This document shows, piece after piece, positions 1 to 12,246 of a stretch of 64,000 bases of DNA. Source of the DNA: Alphaproteobacteria bacterium (lineage in GTDB: Bacteria; Pseudomonadota; Alphaproteobacteria; SHVV01); contig OZ253470.1 in assembly GCA_965261735.1 (NCBI GenBank), positions 4,768,001 to 4,832,000 of the forward strand, read 5' to 3'. The notes below the pieces were generated by a model. The model saw nothing but the letters and a program-made list of their open reading frames with translations, had not been told where the DNA came from and did no database searches. Both the position numbers and the translations under genes were made by a program. Position 1 is the stretch's first letter. Each line of letters begins with the position of its first letter.

Positions 1-365
1 TCGCCGAACAACTCGCCGCGGCCCGCGAATTGCTGGAGCCGGGCGCCCGCCTGCTCGTGGATGTCGACGCGAGCCTGGAGGGCGAGGTGCCTCGCTTCAC
101 CGCCCAGGCCATACGGGCGTTGGATGCGGTCGCAGGCAACCTCGACACCGGACTGGTGATCGCGCTCGACGATCGCGCGCCCGTTCCCGAGCTGGCCCGC
201 GTCTTGAGCGCGGCGCCGAGTGGCCGCGGACCGATCCGTCTCGCGTTGAGGGTCGACGACGAGACCGAGGTGGCGCTAGCCCTACCCGAGCGCTTCGTCA
301 TATCGCCGGAGCTTCGGGCGCGCATCAGCGAGCTACCGGGTGTGTTGGAGGTCGAGGAAGTCTAG
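1..365 (+). CDS. dnaE: DNA polymerase III alpha subunit, C-terminal fragment (gene starts before window)
   Basis: C-terminus ...GRGPIRL...EVALALPERFVISPELRARISELPGVLEVEEV resembles alphaproteobacterial DnaE; usual position upstream of rpsB. Confidence 0.8.
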   Translation, partial: AEQLAAARELLEPGARLLVDVDASLEGEVPRFTAQAIRALDAVAGNLDTGLVIALDDRAPVPELARVLSAAPSGRGPIRLALRVDDETEVALALPERFVISPELRARISELPGVLEVEEV

Positions 366-384
366 CTGGCCCGGCCCAAGACGC

Positions 385-413
385 TTGCAATGCAGGCAGG
401 GCGGGGCTATCAA
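385..413 (+). promoter_or_regulatory. sigma70-like promoter of rpsB-tsf
   Basis: TTGCAA (385-390), 17-nt spacer, TATCAA (408-413). Confidence 0.55.
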
Positions 414-419
414 CGCGAC

Positions 420-545
420 AATTCGAACCAACTTCGCACGCGGGCGTGGGCCGCCGGGATGAGCCGGAGGTTCCGTTCCGGTGCCCGTTCAGGCTCGCGC
501 GAGCCGTTCGGGCCGTAGCCCGCGGTGGCACAACCGGAAGAAACG
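420..545 (+). promoter_or_regulatory. Probable structured rpsB 5' leader (S2 autoregulation)
   Basis: About 125-nt GC-rich UTR with nested complementary segments (e.g. ggctcgcgcgagcc; gcgggc...gcccgc) between promoter and rpsB start. Confidence 0.45.
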
Positions 546-1532
546 ATGGCTCTACCAACCTTTACGATGCGTCGGCTCCTCGAAGCCGGCGTGCATTTCG
601 GCCACCAGACCCAGCGCTGGAATCCGAGAATGGCGCCCTACATCTTCGGCGCCCGCAACAAGATCCACATCATCGACCTGCAGCAAACCGTACCAATGCT
701 GTACGAGGCGCTGAAAGCCGTGCGCGACGTCGTCGCGGCGGGCGGCCGGGTGCTGCTCGTTGGGACCAAGCGCCAAGCCTCGGAACAGATCATGGATTCC
801 GCTAAGCGCTGCGGACAGTACTACGTCAATCACCGCTGGCTCGGGGGTACACTGACCAACTGGAACACGATCTCCATTTCGATCAAGCGGCTGCGCGAGC
901 TCGACCAGCAGCTCGCGGAGGAGAACGTCGGCCTGACCAAGAAGGAGCTCCTGCGCCTCAATCGCGAGCGCGACAAGCTCGAACGCTCGCTGGGCGGCAT
1001 CAAGGAAATGGGCGGGCTGCCGGACCTACTCTTCGTCATCGACACCAATCGCGAGGCCATCGCCGTCCAGGAAGCCAACAAGCTGGGTGTTCCGGTCGCC
1101 GCCGTCCTCGACAGCAACTCGGACCCCGCGGGGATTACCCACCCCATCCCGGGCAACGATGATGCCTTCCGCGCCATCCACCTCTATTGCGACCTGGTGG
1201 CGCGGGCCGTCCTCGACGGCCTCAAGGAGGAGCTCTCGGAGTCGGGTGCGGACATCGGCGAGGCCGAGGAGCTACCGGCGGAGGCGCTGCCGGACGAGGA
1301 CGCTACCGCGGAAGCCGCGGCGGCGCCGGAGCCGACCGTTGCTGGCAACATCGAGCCGGCTGCCGCTGAGGCCGCAGCACTGCTGGAGCCGACCGTTGCC
1401 GACGCCGAGCCGGCGGCCGCGGAAGCCGCCGATGTCGAGACGAGCACCGAGGCAGGGGAATCCGGCTCCGACGCGGCGGCGGAGGCGCCGGTGCCGACCG
1501 ATGAACCCAAGACGTCGCCCGCCGAAACCTAG
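546..1532 (+). CDS. rpsB: 30S ribosomal protein S2 with long acidic Ala/Glu/Pro tail
   Basis: [34 protein letters not shown] motifs. Confidence 0.98.
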   Translation: MALPTFTMRRLLEAGVHFGHQTQRWNPRMAPYIFGARNKIHIIDLQQTVPMLYEALKAVRDVVAAGGRVLLVGTKRQASEQIMDSAKRCGQYYVNHRWLGGTLTNWNTISISIKRLRELDQQLAEENVGLTKKELLRLNRERDKLERSLGGIKEMGGLPDLLFVIDTNREAIAVQEANKLGVPVAAVLDSNSDPAGITHPIPGNDDAFRAIHLYCDLVARAVLDGLKEELSESGADIGEAEELPAEALPDEDATAEAAAAPEPTVAGNIEPAAAEAAALLEPTVADAEPAAAEAADVETSTEAGESGSDAAAEAPVPTDEPKTSPAET

Positions 1533-1619
1533 TTCGATGCCGTCCGTGGACGCCGGTAGCGGAGAAAATCTAAGCGTTTTCCACAACTTGAAAATACTTT
1601 CTCCTAAATGAGCTGAATT

Positions 1620-2543
1620 ATGGCCGAGATATCCGCGTCCCTCGTCAAGGAACTCCGCGGCCGCACCGGCGCGGGCATGATGGACTGCAAGAAGGCGCTA
1701 ACCGAAACGGCGAGCGACCTCGACGCGGCGAATGATTGGCTCCGGGCCAAGGGCCTCGCGGCGGCGGCCAAGAAGGCCGGGCGCATCACCGCGCAGGGCC
1801 TTATCGCGGTCAGCACATCGGCGACCGCGGCGGCGATGGTGGAGGTCAACTCGGAAACCGATTTCGTCGCCCGCAACGAGCTGTTCCAATCCTTTGCTCG
1901 TACGGTAGCCGAGCTTGCGCTCGCCCGAGGGGGCGACCTGAACGATCTGCTCGGTTCCGACTACCCCGGCCAGTCGCACAGTGTCGCCGACCAGGTGGCC
2001 CAGGTCATTGCCATCGTCGGCGAAAATGTGAGCGTGCCGCGTGTCGCCACCGTGTCGGTCGAATCCGGGGTGGTCGCGAGCTACGTCCACGGGGCGCTCG
2101 CGCCCGGCTTGGGCCGTATCGGTACGCTGGTAGGTCTGCGCTCGAGCGGCAGTCCGGGCGAGCTCGCGGGGTTTGGCAAGCAGCTCGCCATGCACATCGC
2201 GGCGGCCGGCCCGCAGTCGGTCGGTATCGCCGAACTCAATCCGGTGCTGGTGGCGCGGGAACGCGACGTGCTGAAACAGCAGGCACTAGAATCGGGCAAG
2301 CCCGAGGCCATTGTCGACAAAATGGTCGAGGGGCGTTTGCGCAAGTACTACGAGGATGTCGTCCTCCTCGAGCAGACTTTCGTTATCGACGGGGAGAGCC
2401 GGGTTTCCGAGGCACTGGAAGCTGCCGCGGCCGCAGCCGGGGCGGCGATCGAAATTACCGGTTTCGAGCGCTTTGCGTTGGGCGAGGGCGTCGCATCGGG
2501 TGACGTTGAGGGCGCGGAGGCTGTGAGCGAGGCGAGCGCTTGA
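1620..2543 (+). CDS. tsf: Elongation factor Ts
   Basis: VKELRGRTGAGMMDCKKAL, EVNSETDFVARN. Confidence 0.98.
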   Translation: MAEISASLVKELRGRTGAGMMDCKKALTETASDLDAANDWLRAKGLAAAAKKAGRITAQGLIAVSTSATAAAMVEVNSETDFVARNELFQSFARTVAELALARGGDLNDLLGSDYPGQSHSVADQVAQVIAIVGENVSVPRVATVSVESGVVASYVHGALAPGLGRIGTLVGLRSSGSPGELAGFGKQLAMHIAAAGPQSVGIAELNPVLVARERDVLKQQALESGKPEAIVDKMVEGRLRKYYEDVVLLEQTFVIDGESRVSEALEAAAAAAGAAIEITGFERFALGEGVASGDVEGAEAVSEASA

Positions 2544-2666
2544 GGCGCGCGAAGCGCCGCATGCGGGGGGCCAGCGGGACCGGGGCTCGGAACAGACTAT
2601 GATTGGCGCCGTCGCGACCTCGCGCCCCCTCAATCGCACTCCTGGTCGATAAATACAAAACGCCCG

Positions 2667-3392
2667 ATGTCAGGCCCCGCGAATTACAGCCGTATTCTGC
2701 TGAAGGTTTCCGGCGAGGCGCTGATGGGCGACCTCGACTACGGCATCGACTGGGAGACGGTCGGCAAAATTGCGGCGCAGGTCCAAACCGTCCACAAGAT
2801 GGGAGTCGAAGTCTGCCTGGTGATCGGCGGCGGCAACATCTTTCGCGGCATGTCGGGGGCCGGCATCGGTATGGAGCGGGCCGGCGCCGACTACATAGGC
2901 ATGCTGGCGACGGTGATCAACGCGCTCGCGACCCAGCACACGCTCGAGGGACTGGGCGTGGCAACGCGCGTTCTCTCAGCCATTCCCATGGCCGCGGTGT
3001 GTGAACCATTCGTCCGCCGGCGCGCCATCCGACACCTCGAGAAGGGAAGGGTGGTGATCTTTGCTGGCGGTACCGGCAATCCGTTCTTCACGACCGACAC
3101 CGCCGCGGCGCTGAGGGCTGCCGAAATGGGCTGCGACGCCTTGCTCAAGGGCACGCAGGTCGATGGCGTCTACTCCGCTGACCCAAGAAAATCGCCGGAT
3201 GCGCAGCGCTATGATAGGCTCGGTTATCTCGAAGTCCTGTCCAAGGACCTCCAAGTCATGGACGCGGCCGCAATCACCCTGGCGAGGGAGAACAGGATTC
3301 CGATCATCGTGTTTTCCATTCACCAGCCTGACGCCCTGCCGGAGTTGATGGCGGGAAGGGGCGTATGTACCGTGATTGGCGCGGCGGATTGA
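2667..3392 (+). CDS. pyrH: UMP kinase
   Basis: [29 protein letters not shown]. Confidence 0.98.
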   Translation: MSGPANYSRILLKVSGEALMGDLDYGIDWETVGKIAAQVQTVHKMGVEVCLVIGGGNIFRGMSGAGIGMERAGADYIGMLATVINALATQHTLEGLGVATRVLSAIPMAAVCEPFVRRRAIRHLEKGRVVIFAGGTGNPFFTTDTAAALRAAEMGCDALLKGTQVDGVYSADPRKSPDAQRYDRLGYLEVLSKDLQVMDAAAITLARENRIPIIVFSIHQPDALPELMAGRGVCTVIGAAD

Positions 3393-3396
3393 GGCG

Positions 3397-3954
3397 ATGG
3401 CGGATCCCGACCTATCGGATGTCCAGCGGCGCATGAACGGCGCGCTCGAGGTGCTGCGCCAGGAGTTGGCCGGCCTCAGGACCGGGCGCGCGTCGGTGAG
3501 TCTGCTCGAGCCGATCAGCGTGGAGGCCTATGACACGCAGATGCCGCTCAATCAAGTTGCCACCATCAACGCCCCCGAGCCGCGCCTTCTGACGGTCCAG
3601 GTGTGGGACCGCTCGATGACCAAGGCGGTCGAGAAGGCGATCCTGAAATCGGACCTTGGGCTCAACCCAACCACCGACGGATCGCTCATTCGCGTGCCGA
3701 TCCCGGAACTCAACGAAGAGCGGCGGCGCGATCTCGCCAAGATCGCGAGTAAATATACCGAGCAGGCCCGCGTCGCCGTGCGCAACGTGCGCCGCGACGG
3801 CATGGACATGCTCAAGCGGCTCGAAAAGGAAGGCGAGATTTCGCAGGACGACCAGCACTTGTGGGGCGAGGAAGTCCAGGAGATGACGGACGAACTGATC
3901 AAGCAGATTGACGCGCTGCTCGGGGCCAAAGACAAGGAGATCATGCAAGTCTGA
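3397..3954 (+). CDS. frr: Ribosome recycling factor
   Basis: [26 protein letters not shown]. Confidence 0.98.
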   Translation: MADPDLSDVQRRMNGALEVLRQELAGLRTGRASVSLLEPISVEAYDTQMPLNQVATINAPEPRLLTVQVWDRSMTKAVEKAILKSDLGLNPTTDGSLIRVPIPELNEERRRDLAKIASKYTEQARVAVRNVRRDGMDMLKRLEKEGEISQDDQHLWGEEVQEMTDELIKQIDALLGAKDKEIMQV

Positions 3955-3957
3955 CCC

Positions 3958-4692
3958 ATGGAAGCCGCACCCCCCCACTTCCTAGGGCGGCCGCCGCCAA
4001 CCCACGTGGCCATTATCATGGACGGCAACGGCCGGTGGGCCAAGTCGCGCGGCCTGCCGCGAATCGCCGGTCATCAGCGCGGCGCGGACGCGGTGCGGAC
4101 CGTGGTCAGGGGTTGCCACGACCTCGGTGTCTCCTACCTGACGCTGTACGCGTTTTCGTCCGAGAACTGGAAGCGGCCGGCGGCGGAGGTCGACGATCTG
4201 ATGGGGCTCCTGCGCCTTTACCTGCGACGCGAGCTCAGCGATTTGCATCGCCGCCATGTCCGCATTCGCTTCATCGGCGCCCGCGAGGGATTGGCCGCCG
4301 ATATCGTCGATCTCATTAACGAGGCGGAGAGCAAGACGCGCGACAACGCCGACCTTACGCTGGTCATCGCCCTCAACTACGGCAGTCACGGAGAAATCGT
4401 CCGCGCCTGCCGCGCCCTGGCCAGCGAGGTCGCGGCCGGACACCTGGCCGTCGATGACATCACAGAGGAGCGCTTCGCGCGTAGCCTCGAAACCGCTGAC
4501 CTACCCGATCCCGATCTCGTTATCCGCACCAGCGGCGAACAGCGGCTCAGCAACTTCCTGCTGTGGCAGTCGGCTTACTCCGAGCTCGTCTTCACCGACA
4601 CCCTGTGGCCCGATTTCTCCAAGCAAACCCTTGAATACGCGATCAGCGAGTTCCACGGCCGGGAACGCCGCTACGGTGCCACGAATGGCTGA
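3958..4692 (+). CDS. uppS: Undecaprenyl diphosphate synthase
   Basis: [38 protein letters not shown]. Confidence 0.98.
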   Translation: MEAAPPHFLGRPPPTHVAIIMDGNGRWAKSRGLPRIAGHQRGADAVRTVVRGCHDLGVSYLTLYAFSSENWKRPAAEVDDLMGLLRLYLRRELSDLHRRHVRIRFIGAREGLAADIVDLINEAESKTRDNADLTLVIALNYGSHGEIVRACRALASEVAAGHLAVDDITEERFARSLETADLPDPDLVIRTSGEQRLSNFLLWQSAYSELVFTDTLWPDFSKQTLEYAISEFHGRERRYGATNG

Positions 4693-5500
4693 GGCGTCCG
4701 CGGATTCGCTGCGTTTGCGCACATTGTCCGCGACCGCGCTGCTGCCGGTGCCGCTCGCGGCGGCGTACGTCGGGGGATGGGTGTTCGCGGTCCTGATCCT
4801 TGTCGCCGCGCTGCTGGCGGGTCGCGAGTGGGATCGCCTGTGCCGCGGCAGCGGTGGGGGCGCGGTGGCCCTGTCACATGCCGCCATCGTTACCGGCGCG
4901 ATCGTCTTGGCCGCACGCGGCGAGTATAGCCTCGCGCTCGGCTTGGCGGCGGCGGGTGCAGTTGCGGTCGGCGCGATCGCTGCGCTCGCCCATCGCATGC
5001 CCGGCTGGCCAGCGACCGGGGTCGCCTATATTGCCCTGCCGGCGATCGCATGCATCTATTTGCGCGGAGACCCCGAATACGGCCGGACGCTGGTGCTGTG
5101 GATGTTCCTGGCCGTTTGGGCCGCCGATGTGGGCGGCTTCGTGGCTGGGCGTACCTTCGGAGGACCACGCCTCGCGCCGCGCATTAGCCCGGGCAAGACC
5201 TGGGCCGGCCTCGGCGGCGGCCTAGTATCGGCGATGCTCGTGGGCGCGGCCGCGGCCCTCGTCGCCGACCCATCGTCCATCGCGCTTCTTGTGTTGGCGA
5301 GCGCTGTGGTCGCCCTCGTCGCGCAATGTGGTGACCTCGCCGAATCGTGGGTCAAGCGCCGCTTCGACGCCAAGAACAGCGGCAGCCTCATACCGGGCCA
5401 CGGCGGTCTTCTCGACCGCCTCGACAGCATGATCTTCGCCGCGCCAGCCGTAGCCGGCGTCGTGCTCTTGGGGGCCGGGGACATGCTGGCATGGCGGTAG
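4685..5500 (+). CDS. cdsA: Phosphatidate cytidylyltransferase
   Basis: Hydrophobic; [31 protein letters not shown]; ATG 4685 overlaps the end of uppS. Confidence 0.95.
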   Translation: MAEASADSLRLRTLSATALLPVPLAAAYVGGWVFAVLILVAALLAGREWDRLCRGSGGGAVALSHAAIVTGAIVLAARGEYSLALGLAAAGAVAVGAIAALAHRMPGWPATGVAYIALPAIACIYLRGDPEYGRTLVLWMFLAVWAADVGGFVAGRTFGGPRLAPRISPGKTWAGLGGGLVSAMLVGAAAALVADPSSIALLVLASAVVALVAQCGDLAESWVKRRFDAKNSGSLIPGHGGLLDRLDSMIFAAPAVAGVVLLGAGDMLAWR

Positions 5501-6696
5501 TTTCGAGCCGGCGCACGGCGCCGAGACGCCGGGTGACTATTCTCGGGTCGACCGGATCCGTAGGCTGCAACACGGTCGATCTGATCGAGCGCAACCCCGA
5601 CGCCTACGTGGTCGAGGCACTGACCGCGCATCACAACGTCGCGCTCCTGGCGGAGCAGGCGCGACGGCTTAAACCGCGCCTAGCGGTGATCGCCGACGTG
5701 AGCTTGTTCGCGGGCCTCAAGGCGGCTCTGGCGGGCACCGGCGTGACGGCTGCGGCCGGACCCGAATCGGTGGTCGAGGCGGCGGCCGCTCCGGCCGAAT
5801 GGGTGATGGCCTCGATCGTCGGCGCCGCCGGGCTCGAGGCGACACTCGCGGCGGTGCGACGCGGAGCCATCGTTGCCCTCGCTAACAAGGAGTCTCTCGT
5901 CTGCGCCGGCCGACTGATCATGGACGAGGTCGCGCGAAGCGACGCCACCATGGTCCCCGTCGATTCGGAGCACAACGCCGTCTTTCAGATATTCGAGGCT
6001 GATCGCGAGGAAGCGGTCGAAAGGATCATCCTTACGGCCTCGGGCGGACCGTTCCGCACCCTCGATCTCAGTGCCATGAGAGATGTTACGCCCGAGCAGG
6101 CCGTCGCCCATCCCAACTGGTCGATGGGCGCCAAGATCTCCGTCGATTCGGCGACGATGATGAACAAGGGGCTCGAGCTGATCGAGGCCTGTCATCTATT
6201 TCCTATCGCCGAGGACCGGGTCGAGGTACTGGTTCACCCGCAGTCGGTGGTTCACAGCATGGTCGCTTACGTCGACGGATCGGTCCTCGCGCAGCTCGGT
6301 GCCCCCGATATGCGAACTCCCATCGCGTATGCCCTCGGGTGGCCGCACCGGATCGCGGCACCAGCGGCGCGCCTCGACCTCGCTCGGATCGGTCAGCTCA
6401 CGTTCGAGGCGCCCGATATCGAGCGCTTTCCGGCACTGCGCCTCGCGCGCGCGGCGCTGAAGAGCGGCGAAAGCGCGCCGGCCATCCTCAACGCCGCGAA
6501 CGAAGTCGCCGTACGCGGATTCCTCGAGCGGCGGATCGGTTTTCTCGATATTGCCCGTATCGTCGAGGAAACACTCGAGCGGCTCCCGCCCGAGCCGCTC
6601 GGCACCATTGACGATGTGTATGCGGTCGACGAGCGTGCGCGGGCCGTGGCGGCACAGCTCGCCGAAGTGCCGCACGGCGCGGCGGCGAGGCGCTGA
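5491..6696 (+). CDS. dxr: 1-deoxy-D-xylulose 5-phosphate reductoisomerase
   Basis: [46 protein letters not shown]. Confidence 0.98.
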   Translation: MAVVSSRRTAPRRRVTILGSTGSVGCNTVDLIERNPDAYVVEALTAHHNVALLAEQARRLKPRLAVIADVSLFAGLKAALAGTGVTAAAGPESVVEAAAAPAEWVMASIVGAAGLEATLAAVRRGAIVALANKESLVCAGRLIMDEVARSDATMVPVDSEHNAVFQIFEADREEAVERIILTASGGPFRTLDLSAMRDVTPEQAVAHPNWSMGAKISVDSATMMNKGLELIEACHLFPIAEDRVEVLVHPQSVVHSMVAYVDGSVLAQLGAPDMRTPIAYALGWPHRIAAPAARLDLARIGQLTFEAPDIERFPALRLARAALKSGESAPAILNAANEVAVRGFLERRIGFLDIARIVEETLERLPPEPLGTIDDVYAVDERARAVAAQLAEVPHGAAARR

Positions 6697-6698
6697 TC

Positions 6699-7838
6699 AT
6701 GGCCGTGCTCGAAACGCTGTGGACTTACGTCATCCCGTTCATCCTCATTTTGACCCCCGTCGTTTACGTCCACGAGCTCGGCCACTACCTGGTCGCGCGC
6801 TACAACGACGTAAGGGTCGAGGTGTTCTCTGTGGGTTTCGGCCCGGAGATTACCGGATGGACGGACCGTAGCGGCACGCGGTGGAAGATCAGCGCGATCC
6901 CGCTCGGCGGGTACGTGAAGTTCTTCGGCGACGTCAATGCGGCGAGCATGCCGGGCGAGGACGCTCCCGGAATGACCGAGGCGGAGCGCGCCGTGTGTTT
7001 CAACTACAAGCGGCTCGGGCAGCGCGCCGCCATCGTCAGCGCGGGGCCGATCAGCAATTTCATCTTCGCCGTCATCGTCTACGCGGTCTTGTTCGCGACA
7101 TTCGGGCAGAACTATACGCCGCCCGTCGTCAGCGAGGTGCTGGCGGGAAGCGCGGCCGATGAGGCCGGGATACGCGCGGGCGACCGGATCGTCGAGATCG
7201 ACGGCAAGGCGACCGACAGCTTCCGGCAGGTGCAGCAGATCATCCGCTTCAACCCCGGGATCCGCCTCGACATGATCGTCCGTCGCGACGACAGCGAGGT
7301 GGCGCTCACGGTGACTCCGAGAGTGACGGAATTTACGGACAATTTCGGGCGCAGCCATCGTATCGGCATGCTTGGCGTCTCTCACCACGGCGCCGGGGAG
7401 ATCATTCGCCACGATCCGCTATCGGCGATGTGGCTGGCGGTGACGGAAACCGGGCGCATTACGGTGATGACGCTAGAATATGTCGGCCAGGTCGTGGTCG
7501 GCGCCCGCCCCGGCAACGAGATCGGCGGACCGATCGGCATCGCCAGACTCTCCGGCGAAGTCTTCAAGATCAGCTTTGCCGTGGTCCTCTCCTTTCTCGC
7601 CGTGCTCTCCATCAGCCTCGGATTGATCAACCTGTTTCCGATACCGGTTCTGGACGGCGGCCATCTCATGTTTTACGCGATCGAGGCGCTGCGCGGGAAA
7701 CCCCTCGGCGCGCGCTCCCAGGAATACGGCTTTCGCATCGGCTTTGCGCTGGTGCTCTCGCTCCTGGTATATGCGACCTGGAATGACCTCAACGGCATTC
7801 CGCAAGTCGTCAACTTCCTGAGCGGCCTGTTTTCCTGA
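6699..7838 (+). CDS. rseP: RIP metalloprotease RseP
   Basis: HELGH zinc motif, PDZ domain, NLFPIPVLDGGH. Confidence 0.97.
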   Translation: MAVLETLWTYVIPFILILTPVVYVHELGHYLVARYNDVRVEVFSVGFGPEITGWTDRSGTRWKISAIPLGGYVKFFGDVNAASMPGEDAPGMTEAERAVCFNYKRLGQRAAIVSAGPISNFIFAVIVYAVLFATFGQNYTPPVVSEVLAGSAADEAGIRAGDRIVEIDGKATDSFRQVQQIIRFNPGIRLDMIVRRDDSEVALTVTPRVTEFTDNFGRSHRIGMLGVSHHGAGEIIRHDPLSAMWLAVTETGRITVMTLEYVGQVVVGARPGNEIGGPIGIARLSGEVFKISFAVVLSFLAVLSISLGLINLFPIPVLDGGHLMFYAIEALRGKPLGARSQEYGFRIGFALVLSLLVYATWNDLNGIPQVVNFLSGLFS

Positions 7839-7855
7839 GCCCGACCACCCAGACG

Positions 7856-10177
7856 ATGCGAAGAATGATCTCGGTGTTGGCGCTGATGCACCTCATCGGC
7901 GCCGCGGTCTTCGGCGTAGGGCCGAGCCGCGAAGCGGCGGCCCAGACGGGGACTAGGGCAGGATTGCCTGTCATTTCCGACATTCGCGTTGAAGGCAACC
8001 AACGTATCGAGGCTGAGACGGTGCGCTCATCGATGGTCGTCGGAATCGGCGATCGAATGGATCCGGCACGCATCGACCAATCGCTCAAGACCCTCTTCGA
8101 AACGGGCCTGTTTGCCGACGTCACCATCCGCCGCGCCGGCGATGCCCTGGTCGTGACGGTGGTCGAGAATCCGATCATCAACCAGCGGGTCTTCGAGGGC
8201 AACCGAAGACTGTCCGACGAGGTGCTGCAGGCGGAAGTGCAGCTGCGCCCCCGCGTCGTGTACACGCGGGCGCGGATCAGCAACGACGTGCAGCGGATCC
8301 TGCAGCTCTATCGCCGCGCCGGGCGATTCTCGGCGCGGGTCGAGCCCAAGGTTATCCAGCTGCCGCAGAATCGTGTCGACCTGGTGTTCGAGATCGACGA
8401 GGGCGCGCTCACGAAGATCCGTAGGATCTCCTTTGTCGGCAATCGCAAGTTCAGCGACGGTCAGCTGCGCGATCAGCTGACGACAAAGGAATCATGCTTC
8501 AGCTTGTTTGTCGTCTGCGTCCCCCGCTTCCTTTCGGCCACCGATCACTACGACCCCGACCGTTTGACCTTCGACCGCGAGCAACTTCGCAGGTTCTACC
8601 TGTCGAAGGGATTTGCGGATTTCCGTGTGATCTCGGCCGTCGCCGAGTTGTCCCACGACCGCAAGGACTTCTTCATCACCTTTTCGATCGACGAAGGAGA
8701 GACCTATCGGTTCGGCGCCCTCGACGTCGATTCATCCTTGCCCGACCTTCAACCCGAGCAGCTGAGCGGCCTGATCACGGCGGAGAGCGGTGGTACCTAC
8801 AACGCCCAGCTCATAGAGGAGTCGATCCAGAGACTGACCTTCGAAACCGGTCGGCTGGGCTACGCTTTCGTCGAAATCAGCCCGCGCCCGAAGCGCGACC
8901 GTGAGGCGAGAACGATCGACGTGACGTTCGAAATACAGGAGAGCCCGCGCGTCTACGTCGAGAGGATCAATATCACCGGCAACGTCCGCACCCTCGACGA
9001 GGTCATCCGGCGCGAGTTCCGCCTCGCCGAGGGTGACGCGTTCAATACGGCCAAGCTGCGCCGTTCGCGGAGAGAGATCCGAGGACTCGGGTTCTTTGAC
9101 AGAGTCGAGATCAGCGAGCGCCAGGGACGGGTGCCCGACCGTACCGTGATAACGGCGGACGTCGAGGAGCGCTCGACGGGCGAACTCAGTATCGGCGCCG
9201 GCGTTTCCACGAACGAGGGATTCATCGGCGACCTCAGCATCCGTGAGCGCAATCTTCTCGGCAAGGGACAAGACCTGCGCCTGGGCTTCAACATTAGCCA
9301 GCGGCGGCAGGAGATTGACCTCTCCTTCACCGAGCCCTACTTCCTCGATCGCCGGCTCGCGGCCGGCTTCGACGTCTTCAACCGCCGCCGCGATTTTCAG
9401 GACGAGAGCTCGTTCGACGAGAGCAATATCGGTTTCGCCTTGCGCGCGGGCTTTCCCATTACCGAGAATCTCCGCCAGACGCTCAACTACACGCTGCGAC
9501 AGGACTCCATCGAGAACGTCGGCGCCGGCGCGTCCCGCTTCATCCGCGAGCAGGAGGGGGAGCGGATCAGCTCCTCGATCGGCTACCAGCTCGTCTATGA
9601 CATACGCGACGACCGGCTCGAGCCGACCTCGGGCTACATCGTGCGACTCAGCCAAGACGTGGCCGGACTGGGCGGACAAGTGAGGTACATCAAGACGGCC
9701 ATCGATTACAGCTACTATTATCCGCTCCCTGCGGGATGGATCGCTTCGGTTTCGCTTCGCGATGGCTATGTCTTTGGCATCGGCCAGGACGTGGGCATCG
9801 CCGACCGCTTCTTTCTCGGTGGATCCAGCTTTCGCGGCTTTCAGCCGGGCGGCGTCGGTCCCCGCGATCGCGCTACCGGCGATTCGCTCGGCGGCAAAGT
9901 CTTCTATGTGGGCACGGGGGAACTGACCTTTCCGCTGGGCTTGCCCAATGAGTATGGTATCCTCGGGCGAATGTTTGCTCTGGCTGGCAGCCTGGCTCAG
10001 GTCGACGAGGGGGGCAGCGGCCTTGCCGACATCGGGTCGGTCCGGGTTTCGTCCGGTTTCGGGTTGTCGTGGCGTTCCCCCCTTGGACCCGTGCGAGTCG
10101 ATTACAGCATTCCCCTTGTTAAGGAAGACTTCGACGAAACCGAGGCGTTCCGGTTCAGCTTTGGCACGCGGTTCTAG
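7856..10177 (+). CDS. bamA: Outer membrane protein assembly factor BamA
   Basis: Signal peptide, POTRA repeats ([14 protein letters not shown]), FRGF motif, C-terminal FSFGTRF. Confidence 0.97.
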   Translation: MRRMISVLALMHLIGAAVFGVGPSREAAAQTGTRAGLPVISDIRVEGNQRIEAETVRSSMVVGIGDRMDPARIDQSLKTLFETGLFADVTIRRAGDALVVTVVENPIINQRVFEGNRRLSDEVLQAEVQLRPRVVYTRARISNDVQRILQLYRRAGRFSARVEPKVIQLPQNRVDLVFEIDEGALTKIRRISFVGNRKFSDGQLRDQLTTKESCFSLFVVCVPRFLSATDHYDPDRLTFDREQLRRFYLSKGFADFRVISAVAELSHDRKDFFITFSIDEGETYRFGALDVDSSLPDLQPEQLSGLITAESGGTYNAQLIEESIQRLTFETGRLGYAFVEISPRPKRDREARTIDVTFEIQESPRVYVERINITGNVRTLDEVIRREFRLAEGDAFNTAKLRRSRREIRGLGFFDRVEISERQGRVPDRTVITADVEERSTGELSIGAGVSTNEGFIGDLSIRERNLLGKGQDLRLGFNISQRRQEIDLSFTEPYFLDRRLAAGFDVFNRRRDFQDESSFDESNIGFALRAGFPITENLRQTLNYTLRQDSIENVGAGASRFIREQEGERISSSIGYQLVYDIRDDRLEPTSGYIVRLSQDVAGLGGQVRYIKTAIDYSYYYPLPAGWIASVSLRDGYVFGIGQDVGIADRFFLGGSSFRGFQPGGVGPRDRATGDSLGGKVFYVGTGELTFPLGLPNEYGILGRMFALAGSLAQVDEGGSGLADIGSVRVSSGFGLSWRSPLGPVRVDYSIPLVKEDFDETEAFRFSFGTRF

Positions 10178-10747
10178 ATGAGAGTCTCGCATGTCCGAGC
10201 GGGGATAGTCCTGGCCACCGCGCTGCACGGGATGGCCCTTGCGGACTTGGCGACCGCCGCCGAGCCGTTCTCGCCGGCAGTCATCGCCGTCGTCGATGCG
10301 CAGAGGGTGACGCAGACGTCAAAGGCGATGCAGCGCATCAAGGGGCAAATCGAAGAGCACCGGAGTGTCTTCCAGGTCAAGATCAACAAGCTCGACGAAG
10401 CGCTCAGACGCGAAGAACAGGACCTAAACAGGCAGCAGACGATCCTCACCCCCGAGGTGTTTACCGAAAAGAGACGCGATTTTCAGCAGAGGGTCGCCAG
10501 CGCCCAGCGCGAGGTCCAGGAGCGCATCCGAGCTCTGGATCGCGTTCTCGTCGATGCCACTCGCCAACTCCAGCGCGCCATGTTGCCGATCTTCATCGAG
10601 CTCGCCAGCGAGCGCGGCTTCAATATCGTGCTCCCAAGTCGGCAAGTCGTCTTCGCCACGCCGGATCTCGATGTTACCGACGACGTGCTGCGTCGGCTCG
10701 ACGAACGGCTTCCGAGCGTCGAGATCGCCCTTCCTTCGATCGACTAA
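10178..10747 (+). CDS. skp: OmpH/Skp periplasmic chaperone
   Basis: Signal peptide, IAVVD, coiled-coil, [11 protein letters not shown]; between bamA and lpxD. Confidence 0.9.
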   Translation: MRVSHVRAGIVLATALHGMALADLATAAEPFSPAVIAVVDAQRVTQTSKAMQRIKGQIEEHRSVFQVKINKLDEALRREEQDLNRQQTILTPEVFTEKRRDFQQRVASAQREVQERIRALDRVLVDATRQLQRAMLPIFIELASERGFNIVLPSRQVVFATPDLDVTDDVLRRLDERLPSVEIALPSID

Positions 10748-11778
10748 TGGCGGATCCGCGGTTCCATTCACGCCGGGGCCCGCTCACACTCTCCGAACTC
10801 GCGGCCGTGTCCGGAACCGCGCTCGCGCCCGGCGTCGAGGGAGGCCAGGAAGTCGAGGATGTCGCACCCCTCGACACCGCCGGTCCTCGCGACCTGAGCT
10901 TTCTCGATAATCCGCGGTACGTCGAGGCCTTCAGCCGTAGTGACGCAGGCGCCTGCATCGTCCGGCCCGCCTTGGCCGCGCGCGCTCCCGCCGCGATGGC
11001 GCTCCTCCTCGGCGACGAGCCGTACAAGTCCTATGCCCTGGCTGCCCGGGCGTTCTACCCGGAGCGTGCCGCCGATCCTGGTGTCGACCCCTCGGCACGA
11101 GTGGACGCTACCGCCCACCTCGGCGCCGACTGTGCCATCGGCCCCGGCGTCGTTATCGGCAAGGGGGCCATTATCGGCGCGCGGTGCAGCGTCGGCGCCA
11201 ACACAGTGATCGGGCCCGCCGTCGAAGTCGGTGCGGACACCCGCATCGGGGCCGTGGTTTCGCTCAGCCATTGCCTGATCGGCCGCCGTGTCGCGATCTA
11301 CCCGGGTGTGCGCATCGGCCAAGATGGTTTCGGATTCGCCCCTGGCCCCGCGGGCTACGTCAAGGTGCCGCAGCTCGGTCGAGTCATCATTCACGACGAC
11401 GTGGAGATCGGCGCCAACACAACGATCGACCGCGGCGCGGGCCCCGATACCATCATCGGCGAAGGGTGCTGGATTGATAATCTCGTGCAGATCGGGCACA
11501 ACGTACAGCTCGGCCGCGCCTGCATCATCGTAGCCCAAGCCGGCATCTCTGGCAGCGTGATGCTCGGCGACGGTGTGGTGGTGGGCGGCCAAGCAGGGAT
11601 CGTAGGCCACCTGACGATCGGCCGCGGCGCGCAGATCGCCGGTAAGAGCGGCGTCACGAGCGACCTGCCGGACGGCGCACGCGTGGGCGGTTCTCCCGCG
11701 GTCCCGATCCGGGTGTGGCACCGCCAAACGGTGCTGCTCGCCGGGATGGCCAAGAAGAAGGGGTCTGCCGATGAATGA
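10747..11778 (+). CDS. lpxD: UDP-3-O-acylglucosamine N-acyltransferase
   Basis: Hexapeptide repeats, [28 protein letters not shown]. Confidence 0.97.
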   Translation: MADPRFHSRRGPLTLSELAAVSGTALAPGVEGGQEVEDVAPLDTAGPRDLSFLDNPRYVEAFSRSDAGACIVRPALAARAPAAMALLLGDEPYKSYALAARAFYPERAADPGVDPSARVDATAHLGADCAIGPGVVIGKGAIIGARCSVGANTVIGPAVEVGADTRIGAVVSLSHCLIGRRVAIYPGVRIGQDGFGFAPGPAGYVKVPQLGRVIIHDDVEIGANTTIDRGAGPDTIIGEGCWIDNLVQIGHNVQLGRACIIVAQAGISGSVMLGDGVVVGGQAGIVGHLTIGRGAQIAGKSGVTSDLPDGARVGGSPAVPIRVWHRQTVLLAGMAKKKGSADE

Positions 11779-12238
11779 GGTCACATCGGGCGTCGAAATG
11801 GGAACCGCCGACGTCCTCGACATCATGCAGATGATCCCGCACCGCTATCCCATGTTGATGATCGACAAGGTCGTCGACATGGTCGCCAACTCGAGAGCGA
11901 CCGGGATCAAGAACGTCACCATCGGCGAGCCCTTTTTCGTGGGTCACTTTCCGGTGCGCCCGGTCATGCCCGGGGTCATGATCGTTGAGTCGATGGCGCA
12001 GACCGCCGCCGTGCTGGTCGTTTACACTCTCGGGGCCGAGGCGCGGGGCAAGCTCGTCTACTTCATGACCATCGACAAGGCCCGTTTCCGCCGCCCCGTT
12101 ACGCCTGGCGACACAATGCGGATTTTCGTCTCAAAGGAGCATAGCCGCGGTAACGTTTGGCGCTTCAACGCCGAGGTCAAGGTCGACCGCACCCGGGTAG
12201 CACACGCCAATTTTTCCGCCATCATTCTCGACGACTAG
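11771..12238 (+). CDS. fabZ: 3-hydroxyacyl-ACP dehydratase
   Basis: [20 protein letters not shown]. Confidence 0.97.
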   Translation: MNEVTSGVEMGTADVLDIMQMIPHRYPMLMIDKVVDMVANSRATGIKNVTIGEPFFVGHFPVRPVMPGVMIVESMAQTAAVLVVYTLGAEARGKLVYFMTIDKARFRRPVTPGDTMRIFVSKEHSRGNVWRFNAEVKVDRTRVAHANFSAIILDD

Positions 12239-12246
12239 GAGCCTCG

